The position numbers were made by a program, and so were the translations under genes. From assembly GCA_004431415.1 (NCBI GenBank), contig QPMI01000044.1, positions 62,001 through 126,000 of the forward strand: a DNA stretch of 64,000 nt, read 5' to 3'. Source of the stretch: Cyanophora paradoxa CCMP329 (taxonomy: Eukaryota > Plantae > Glaucophyta). The notes under the pieces were generated by a model, which did not search any database, was not told where the DNA came from, and saw only the letters and a list, made by a program, of their open reading frames with translations. Position 1 is the stretch's first letter. Every line of letters starts with the position of its first letter. Positions 37,145 to 47,122 of this stretch are shown here, one piece after another.

Positions 37145-38275
37145 TCACTCAGCCCCCAGGAGGGGGAGAATGTCGGGCAAGATGTCGTCCGGGGGGAAGC
37201 CCGGGGGGTACCGCGCCACGGGCACGCCGTTGCGGTCGACCAGGAACTGCGGGGCGGCGTCAGGGTACCGAAAGGTTCGAGATGCAGGGGTACGGGAAAG
37301 GACCTTCTCGAAGTTCCAGGCTATATCCCCGGGGAAGCTTGCTCGCAGGAGGTCCTTGTAGAGGGGTACCGCGTTCGCCCTGCGGTGAGCCGGAATCGGG
37401 ACGCGGCGGGGGTACAGGCCTGGGGCCCCAGGGGGTACGTACCCGTTCACGTCGACCTTGTCGAAGAGGGGGAAGCGGGCCTTGTACTTGTCGCGAACGA
37501 AGGATTTGATCTCCTCGTTTGTACCCGGCTCCTGCACGCGTACCCCTCGAATGGGAGGGGGAAGCAGGAGGTCGGAGGGGGAAGAAGAGGGACCTGGCCC
37601 CCGAACTGGTTGGAAGGGAAGGCGAGAATCTCGAATCCCTTCGACGCATACTCGTCGTACATGGCGCCGAGTTGCCTGCGGCGCAGAAATCGATTCCCAG
37701 GCGGACGGCCGTGCGCGTGCGCGCGGGCGGGCGGAATGGGACTGAGCGCACGTGTAGTTCAGGGGCGTCAGGGCTCATTCGGACGCAACGTTTACGACGA
37801 GAACCTGCGCGGCTGCTGTTTGGCGCTGGCGCGATGCTGGCTCCAGCTTAGCCGCCGGCACGCACGACTTTGCCGCGGAACTTGGAAAGGTCCACGCTGC
37901 GCCCGTCGATGTCGCGGACCGTGAAGTCGTACAGCGTGCGATCCACTTTCATCGGCTCGCGGCGCTCCGCAGGCCGCGGAATCGCCGCCGCCGGCATCGC
38001 CGGAACTGCACCCGCGGAGTCGACGTCGCACGTGCGCGCGGCGCGGAGTCGGGGGAGCTCGCACCGGTCTCTCCGAGCACAAAGCCAAAGGCAGCGCTGC
38101 CTGCCGCGGCGAGGAAGCGGCGCCGCGTCCCCGGCGGGCCGGCGAAGGCCGCCGGACGCGGAGCGGCTCTCCGGGCGGCCGGCGAGCCGCCGGCGCCGCA
38201 GACGCGCCCCGCGAGCCTCGTCGGCCTCGCGGACGCCGCGAGCGCCGCAGGACCGGCGAAGACGAAGCCAGGCAT
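37145..38275 (-). CDS. GPX: Selenocysteine glutathione peroxidase (PHGPX-like) with bipartite plastid/thylakoid-lumen presequence
   Basis: LYDFTVRDIDGRSVDLSKFRGKV|VLVVNVASE-TGA(37775-37777)-ALTPLNYT|QL...FEILAFPSNQFGGQ|EPG...FDKVDVNG...IAWNFEK|FLVDRNG; TGA at the catalytic position plus a downstream SECIS. N-terminus MPGFVFA..., TRRRFL + hydrophobic stretch + PAAA. Confidence 0.95.
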
Positions 38276-38672
38276 AGAGCGCTGACCTCCGGATCCAAGG
38301 CTTGCCGATGCCTATAGGGGGGTTCGAGGACGAATCGGACTTGCACGGATCGCGCGCGGGGCTCGCGGATGCAACGCTGCTTCGAGGCTAATTAGCGCTC
38401 GGCGATTGCAAGTTCAGGTGTTTGTCAGGCGTTCTGGGCTAGGCTTCAAGGCTTACTAGGCGAGACCCCATCCCAACAGTGGCGGCGCACCGCCCCTAGG
38501 CCTGGCCCAGCAAGTAGACTGTGAGAGGGTACCTAATCTTAATCTCAATAAGCTGCGTTCTGCCTATCTAGATCTGCGCTACCTTAGCTACGAGGCTATT
38601 CTGCAGCCGTGCTAGCACTAGATAACGGCGGAAAGGCCAGCATGAAAGGAAGGAAGCCTTGAGGGGCGCGGA

Positions 38673-38962
38673 CTAGGACCAGACGTCGAGCGCCGCGTCG
38701 GCCCCCGTTTCCGCGGCCAGGCCGCCCTCTATGTGCAGCTCGTCCAAGTCCTGGGCCGGGGTCAGGAATGGAAAAAGAGAGGGGGGGGGGGCAGTGGGAG
38801 GGGTACGAGGGCGGGCGCACATGGGAGACCTCGGGCTCGACGTAGGCCCCCTCCGAGGGGTACGAGGCCGCCGGCTCGAGCTGGGGGCCGTACGCGCCCC
38901 CGTCCTCCTCGGCGGCGCTGCCCTCCTGCCCGCCGCCGCCGCCGCCGCCGCCCTCCTCCTGT

Positions 38963-38999
<37 letters not shown>

Positions 39000-40184
39000 G
39001 GAGGGAAGGGTCCTCGACGAACGAAGTGAAGCCGGTGGTGTTGGCGGTCGCGAGCGCCGCCATCGGGTTCATTTCGAGCACCGACTCGTCTATGAGGGGC
39101 GGCAGGCCGGCCGCCTCGCGGATCGCGGAGAGGTCCACGTTCTGGTTCTTGAAGGTCCCCGTCGTCTTGTCCCAGTCGAGCAGCTTCATGATGTTCTCGT
39201 CCACAGGGATCTCGGCCCTGCACGCACGCACGCGGCCGCCCGCGCGAGTCAGCGCCGGCCTGCGGGGAGCGCGGTGCGGGGCGCGGGGCGCGGGGCCCGC
39301 GGGGCGCACCCGTCGGCTGTGATGATGGAGCGTGGCAAGTAAACGTCGCGGTACTCCATCTCCCAGTGGCCCCGCAGCGGTATCGGGTCTCCGACCTCGT
39401 ACTCGGGCGCGTTCTCCGAGGAAGGCTCCCAGTCAGGGATCCACGGTCCCACGGACTCCTCCGGGTCGTCGATTGTCTCCACCGAGACGGTGCGCACGTC
39501 GCGGCGCACGACGCGCGACTCGCCCCGCTGCACCCGCGCGCCGTCCTCCGTTGTCCACGAGTCCTCGCCGTCGTGGTCATCGCGTCCGCGCTGCCCTTCA
39601 GAGATCTCGCGCCGCCGCTCCTCGCGCGCCCTCGCCTCGCGCAGCTCTTCCGCGCGCTCTTCCTCCTCAGGATCAGGCTCCGGCTCCGGAACAACGTAGA
39701 CTTTTCCACCGATGATGACGTCGTCCGAGGGAGTGCTCGAGAAGCCCGAAGGCAGGCCCATCGGGCCCCGCTGGAATCACACGCTGCTAGTCGCCAGTAG
39801 ATGTACGCTACAAGACGCTGCGAAGCTGGCCGCCGCCGCCGAAGCTCCTACCGCTGTGGTCCGGACGAAGTTGCTTTGAGCTTGCACGCCTGTTGCTGCC
39901 CGATGTATCTATGACGAAACCTGTGAATCCGAGGCGTCCAGGGCGCTCGCCCGTGCTGTTTTCGGGAGGCTCCTAGCTCCTTGCAGTGTGTACCCGGGCC
40001 TTTGGCGTTCCGCTTGTACCCGGGTTTCCACTTCCCGCGCCACCCATCGGCCGCGTACGGCCGCGAGGGCGCAATCGCCGAGCACGAGAGACGGTGCGTG
40101 GCTCGTTGGTGCCTCGCCTCGCCCCCGAACTCACAGTCGCCTGGCATGGGCAGGCGAACGCAGATCGCTCGCTTCGCCCGACAT
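38673..40184 (-). CDS. Hypothetical acidic protein (multi-exon), start uncertain
   Basis: GC3-biased exons GKVYVVPEPEPDPEEEERAEEL...GHWEMEYRDVYLPRSIITADG|AEIPVDENIMKLLDWDKTTGTF...|DLDELHIEGGLAAETGADAALDVWS*; no family recognised. Confidence 0.65.
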
Positions 40185-40298
40185 CTCAGCGCGGCCTCGG
40201 CTAGCGTTCAAGGGCGAAGAAGGCGGCCGGCGGTTCTCCTCGTCGGCGGTAGCTGTAGGAGCGGCTAGCCGCCCTCGCGCCATCTCGAGCTCGCAGCC

Positions 40299-43200
40299 AT
40301 GGCCGATGTGGATGTGTTGATCGATATCATCGATTTGGAAAGCGGTGCGTGTGCCGGCAGGCGGCAGGCAGCAGGCGGTTTTGACTGGCGCGCGCATGCG
40401 CATGCGCATTCGCCTGCAGATCCTGAGGGCGCCACCCCAGCGACCGGCGAAGCAGTGGGGCCTTTCGAGAGCAGCGGTTCCTTGGAAGGTGTGCACGCAT
40501 CGGCACCGCAGGGCTCAGGCCTAGGCAGTTCTAGATCTCACCCGCGGCCGCGGCCGCGGCCGCGCGCGCTCTAATCATGAACGCTTCTGACAGGAGCCCG
40601 AGGCGGCGCCAGCGACCGACAGGAGACCGCAGGAGGTTCCGAGCAAGGTAAAGACGATGCCGCCGAGCTCGAGTCAAGCCGCTCCTTGGCGGCACGTGTT
40701 TCCGCCCTGGCTAACCGGGGGTACACGCAGCGAGCGATGAGGAGGATGCAGACGAACACGAGAGACGGCGTGCAAGCAACAAGCGCTCTCCAATCGTGGG
40801 CTCCGGCAAACCGGGACCGAACAAGAGGTGCCCATATGCGTACCCCCCGTTTCCCCCTCCCCCCAACTCCCCCTTAATTCGAACCCTTCACGCAGTAAAC
40901 GGCTGGATGAATCAGACGGGGAAGAAGCACAAGCGGAGGACGAGCTCGCTTTCTCGTGAGCTCCTCCACTTCAAGCCGCTAAAACTTGCTCTCATCTAAC
41001 CTAATTCTGCAGCCAGTCGGAGCCCGTTGGTCGATCCTCATCGGGCAGCGGGCCCGTCGCTGGTCCGTCTTCTTCGGGCACCGGGCCCGGGTGCGAGGAA
41101 GAAGCCTGCTTGGGCCTGCCGCTCCTCGCCTTCAACGTGTGCACCGCTGCAGGAACGATCCTGCAGACCGCCCCGAGTTCGCGGACTGCCAGTTCGGCTA
41201 CCTTCGGCTTCTGGAGCCATTTTGCATTGTCAAGAACCACAAGTTCGAGTACAGGGCGGGCACGTACTGGCCCGTCGAGGTACGGCGTTTTCCACGAACT
41301 GCATTGGTCCCACATGCTGGCTGCAATGCTAACAGCTAAGCAGGTCATCGCGCGTTTCTACGGTGAGTTCGGGCTGGCTGGATCGAAAGTGGGGCAACCG
41401 GGGACGTGGCACTACGTCGTCAACTGGTCTGGCCTCGGGATCGGCTGGGGTTCCCACGACTGCGTCTCCGAGTCAGACATGATCGACCGCTTCCGGCCCT
41501 GGAGTGAGAAGGAGGCCAAAAAGCTGGCGAGGGATCGTCTGATCGCGTGGCAAGGGCAGAACTGGCCAAAGCTGCTGACGAACAGCCCGCCGACGCACGT
41601 CAAGCGCGGCGCGCTCGTCTTCGTCAAGCAGAAGAGAGGCTTCCAATGGCAGTTCTACAAGGTCCGAGACATGTAAACGCATACGAATCTGCCTTTGCTG
41701 GACTTGACGCTGTTCTCCACAGACTTGCAGGCTGGTGGCCATGGGAGGGAAATCGATGCTGCAGGTCACCCGAAAGACAAGCAATCAATCGGAATTCTTC
41801 GCAGTCCCACTGGAGCTCGCACGGCCGCCGGAATTCCTCAAGCAGTTCTCGCAGCTGGATACTCCGTTGATGAGCGAGAGCAACGTCCAGTCAACCGGCG
41901 GCGGCAGCACGAGCGACCACCAGCAGCAGCAGCAGCAGCAGCAGCAGGAGCAGGAGAAGACGAAGACGAAGCGCAGTCTCTCCGCCTCTGGAAGTGCGAT
42001 CTTTCCTTCTCTGGAGAGCAGCGCTAGCAGCCGGTCAGACGAGGAGGGGGGGGAAGATTCCGACGGCAGCTCCGGGTCCGAGAGCAGCGTCGGCGGCGAC
42101 AGCGACAGCGCAAGCGGCTCCGGATCCTCTGAGCGATCAGCGCCTTCGCGGCGATCGCGAGTGAGCGGGAAGAAGCCATCGACAGCGACGGACTACGCTG
42201 ATGACGGGGAGTACGGGTCCGGATCGGCGGGAGGGGCGCGCGGTCCCCAGCCCGAGCCCTCTAGCCAAGGGGGATGCGCGCGCGGCAGGGTCTCGGAGCC
42301 CTGGACCGGGTTCGTTTAGTTTTTTTGCCGCGCGGTTTTCAGGCGCAGTTACGGTTGTCGTGATCATGGACGATTTTAACCATTACACAGAAAAATGGAG
42401 CTTCTGCCTGCCGCTGCAAAGCGGTGCATCCGCTGCCTTGCGAAGGACAGCAACGTGACCCCAGTCTTCTCGGTGCGCTCAGAGTCGAATTCTCGCATTG
42501 CAATTGTTTCCGAATCGCCAACGTCTCTGCAGCACATTGTGTACCAGGGCCTTGCCGCCTGCTACAACTGCACGGTGGACATCGCGGATATTGACTGGGT
42601 GAAGGACGTCGACGTGGAGGACGTGGACTCGGGCGACTTCCCATTCGTGGAGGGCACGCAGGCCGAGATTCCGAAGCAGGGCAAAGGGAAGAAAGCTGCA
42701 GTCGAGGCTTCTGGATCCAAGAAAACATTAAAGTGATCTCATTCCATGCCAGTAACCTCTGTCTCTGCAGCTATTGACCGGCAGCAGATTCTGCGCTCTT
42801 GGCGGCTGGCGCTGCAAGGACGACTGTTCTCTCGTCTGCTCGAACTCCAAGTGCAAGAACATATTCTGCCGGCTGTGCATCGAAGCCTGCTTCGGCAAGG
42901 GCGTCCTACAGGATGAGGAGCTGACGGACACAGACCCGACTCGAGAGTGGTCCGTTGCTTATAATTACTGCTCTGCATGATAACTGTTCTTCTTCTTAAC
43001 TTCCAGCGGACTTGACCGGGGGCCGCGCAGGATCTGCTTCGAATGCAGAGAGTCGCGCATTCTGAAGCGGCAGGAGCGACAGACTGTTTGTATGCTTTGA
43101 AATCCTCCCTCTCTCCGTACAAGGTTTTCCTTTCGATCTGACCACTTGAATTCCGCGCCAGACGACATCTGGATGAAGCTCATCGAAGTGGACCGGGAGA

Positions 43201-46188
43201 TTTACCACCCGCAGCTGGTGTCGAAAGTGAAAGCCACGAACAGAGCAATCGAGAAGCACAACGCTTTCGTAGAGAAGGAGGGCTGCCGCATGAAACTGCG
43301 CATGCCGTCGCGCGCGGCTGTCCAGGCTGAGGGCCTCATCGTCGTGTCCTTGTTCGATGGTGCGCGCTCGGCACCTTGATCTGGCCTGTTGTATACGTAG
43401 TTGTTATCTTGGACCTAATCTCGGGCATCACCAGGGATTGCCGGGGCGTACCACTCGCTGGTGAAGGCTGACATCAAGGTGCACTCTTAAGCTTGTGATT
43501 GGCGCACACTCCATTGACGCTCCAACTCTGCTCTCGGCTGCGCAGGTGCACAAGTACTACTGCGTCGACATCGACCGGGACGTAGTGAAGCTCGTGAGCG
43601 ACTGGTCGGGCCACGACCCGGAGGGCGCCGGCCGGATCATCAGCGGCGTGGTTGAGGACCTGAGCAAAGTCGACGTGCGTCCGTCCTTGGACCATGTCTC
43701 AATATATATAGACTTTTTCTTCGTCGTCGTCGAGTCGCGTTGATGCCACTGGCACGCAGGCCCGGGCGTTCCTGCAGAAGATCTACAACGAGCACGGGCG
43801 CATCGACTTGCTTGTCGCGGGATTCCCGTGCAACGACCTCGCCAGGAACAACCCGGTGCGCTTCGAATTCGCGTTTCCGCACGATCGTTTAAATATTAGC
43901 CAGCTCGCGCGCTTCTCATCGCCATCGCCAACCGCCCCTCTTATTTCTCATTCGAATTTTCGCTCCAGAACGGAAGGGGACTCGACGGCGACCACAGCAG
44001 CCTCGTGCACAAGGCGCGTGCCGTTGCCGAGTCTAGATCTCTTCTGAAAGAATAGTAATTCCTGACATTGGTTTCGTTTTTGCCGTGCAGGTCGCCGAGT
44101 TCTTGGACGCGGCCCGCAGGATCACCAAGAACCACGGCTTCCCCTTCCTGGTGGAGAACGTGCACACGATGCACAAAACTGGCGGTGCGGTTGCGGGACC
44201 CGCCTCACAGGCCTAGCGTGTGTCATAGCGGCTCTCTCGGCCTCTGACGCTGTGACGCTCTCGCGCAGGCAAAGACTCCGCAAAGATCGTCGATGGCATA
44301 TTCAAGGTCCGCCACGAACGTTCTAGCGCTATGCAGACCTAAGGGCGGCGTGCTGACGTGTCCTGCTCGGATCGGACAGGTCGAGAACGTGGCCATCGAC
44401 GCGATTTACTTCACCGCAGCCAAGCGGAAAAGACGGTGAAGTAGAGAAAGATGCACTGACTCCAGATATGGAACACTGACACGGCCCCAGCTATTGGACG
44501 AACATTCCGATCGAGCGCATCAAGCCAGATCGCAAGCGCTGCCTCCTCCAGGGTCCGTGCCCATATGCATGCAGAAGAAGATTTGCTTAACTTGTCCGCT
44601 TAACTTGACTGCTTATCAACTTATATCCATTCTGCTCCTCTTATCCCTTCGCAGACTTCCTCAGCGGCACGAATCGCCTGGCGCTGGTCGACCACGTCAA
44701 CACGATCACGACGTCAGGTAAGAAGGTGGTGGAGGAGGAGGAGGAGGAGGAGGAGAAGGACCGGCCGCGGGGGAGCACGTGGGGCCGCCCCTCGGCCAAG
44801 TCACCCTGGGCGCGGGTCGTCAAGGACGCGTGCGTCATAGGCATTTGAGCGCTTCATTATATACAACTATAAGCACTATAAGCCCTATAACTATAGCGCT
44901 TTTAAGCGCTTCATTATACACAACTATAGGCCCGCCGCTTGGTTATAGGCTGATAAGCTTATTATAAGCAGCTGCACGGACACGTGCGTCCTTTAGCTTG
45001 CCCGAGCCCGCGCCAGGCTGTAGGCCCCTGCTCGCCTCGCCCCTCTTCTTTCGATGATCATGACCGCCGGACCCCGGCCCTTCCAGGACCGATCTCAGCA
45101 AATGCACACTGTGCGATTCCCTCCCACCGCCTTCGATGTTTTCCATCAAGCCTGATCGTGATCGTGACCGTGGTCCCAGTTTGCAGCGCGAGCTGGAGGT
45201 GCTGATGGGCTTCCCCGCCAACTACACGGCCGACATGGGCACTTTGTGCGGCCCCTGCCCCGCCCCGAATTCGTATCCACAAATGCATAAAGCTCCTAAA
45301 CTACGACATCAATCATTTGAATTACCTCAACTAACTAAACACTTTATGATTTCGACTCATTCGCGCATCCCGATCTGCAGCGCTCGCCGCAAGGTCCTCG
45401 GCAATTCCTTCTGCATCCCGGTCCGCTCCCGCCCTCGTCGTAGGGGTTTAAACAGCCTACTAGGAGTCTAAATCGCTGATCGCTCTGATCGCTGATCGCT
45501 GATCGCCCCGCCCCGCCCCGCTCCGCCTTGCGTTCAGGTCATCGCCCACATCCTCAAGGGCCTCCTCCCCCACACCCTCGGCCCGGCACCCCCCTCCCCC
45601 TCCCCCTCCTCCTCCTCCTCCGATGTCGACGTGGATCCCGCCCCGTCCTCCTCCTCCTCCGATGTCGACCCCGCCCCATCCTCCTCTTCCTCGCCCGGGC
45701 CTGCCCCTGGCCCGTCGTCGTCCTCCTTCTCCGCCGCCGCCGCCACCATGGCCGCCCCGCGGCCGGCATCTTCTTCACGGTCCGTCTCTCTCTACTCGCT
45801 CTAGATCCGTCCGTCTCTCTCTCTCTACGTGCTGCCCGGCCTGACGCGCCGCCACCGCGGCAGGAAGCGGCGCGCCCCCTCGGAGTGGGAGGGGGAGGAG
45901 GGGGAGGAAGGGAACGCCACCAGCGAAGATGAAGGCGACGACGATGGTGGAGAGAACCGCTCGCCCACTCCGCCCAACGCCTCCTCCTCTCCGTCGGCGC
46001 CAGCACAGGCGCCGGCGCCTGCGCCCCGCCCGCCGCCCCCTCGGAATCCGAAGCCCAAGGCCAAGCGGCCTGCCGCGGGGAGCTCAAGGGCGCCGGCCCG
46101 CTCGCTGCCGCCCCGCGCCGCGGCGCGCCGCCTCGCCGGCTCCGCGGCGGCGCCCATCGAGCTCTCCTCATCCGATGAGGACGAGTAG
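40299..46188 (+). CDS. DNMT3: DNMT3-like C5 cytosine DNA methyltransferase with Royal-family-like domains and an ADD zinc-finger domain
   Basis: MTase motifs VVSLFD|GIAG (I), DLLVAGFPCNDL (IV), FLVENV (VI), IDADYFTAAKRKR.YWTNIP (VIII), TITT, ELEVLMGFPANYT (IX), ARRKVLGNSFCIP|VIAHILKGL (X); ADD: KRCIRC...HIVYQGLAACYNC and FCALGG...LVCSNSKCKNIFCRLCIEACFG...EW|ICFEC. Confidence 0.9.
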
Positions 46189-46484
46189 GGCCGCGGTCTG
46201 CCAGCGCTAGCTATATAGCTGCCGGCCGAGCGTCTCAGGCGCTCTAACTGCAGTCGCTTCTTTTTCATAGCTGCAGCCGATGATGAGGCCGGATGATGAG
46301 GAGGACGAGTAGGGCCGAGTAGGGTGTGTATTCAACCGCAGCGCTTCTTTTTTCATTCAGACCTCTTTTTTAGCCGGCGAGCCCTTGAGCTATCCTCCGA
46401 TGATGAGTACGAGTAGGGCCGCGGCCGGCCGGCTGCCGGCCGTGCGTCCCAGGCGTGGTAGCTGCAGCCGCTTCTTTTTCATTC
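46166..46484 (+). repeat. Three degenerate tandem copies of the DNMT3 stop-codon/3' UTR unit
   Basis: GATGAGGACGAGTAGGGCCG-like at ~46175, ~46295 and ~46400, each followed by GCAG(T/C)CGCTTCTTTTTCAT-like sequence. Confidence 0.8.
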
Positions 46485-47122
46485 AAAGATTCTTTTCGTG
46501 CCAGCGAGCAATCTTAGTTCGTTGAAGAGACTTTTCCCCCGCACTACGGTATTTCCCGTATTTCAAGTTTCCCGCCGCAGATCAGAATCTCGCGCGTCAT
46601 ACACGGCGTATCGCTTTTTCACAACCAGAACCGTTTCTCGAGAAGCGCGGCGCTTTGTAATTTCGGTGGCTATCGATATCTTCTGTGCGAGTTCGGTCGC
46701 GGCTAATTTATAGATTCGATCTTTCTGTTGTAAGCTTAAGGACCTCACTCAAGCTCAGTTGCGAGCAGCACTTTCTCGGCGGCTTTCTGTTCTCGGCGTA
46801 CGTGTACGATGCCGAATCTAAATTACGTGCTTACTGTCCTGAGAGATCGACGCATGTTCAACGGTTTCTTGAGCTTCTTGTATAATCAAGCTTCCTGGCC
46901 CCCTGGACCGCACAGTTTTCTCGCACAGTTCGCAACAGTAACCAGCCTGGCAGGCCAAGTGTTGTGGATACCTAGCCTTGTAATTGCAGCTCTAGATCTA
47001 GCCTTGACGTTTGCGTTCACCAGTGACTCAGTATACGTAGTAGATAAAGTGTACTGTACATGCTTGGATAGGTACGATATGACCACGCGCGAGAGCTAGA
47101 GCCTGAGAGCGGGCTACATAAG

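Noticed and set aside
37775-37777. Premature stop suggesting a GPX pseudogene
   Set aside because: The TGA is exactly at the catalytic residue, the rest of the frame is intact and a SECIS follows.
41729-41745. GWWPW read as a PWWP signature in the DNMT3 gene
   Set aside because: It is out of frame with the clearly coding poly-Q/Ser exon; the upstream acceptor gives TCRLVAMGG instead, so I call these domains Royal-like only.
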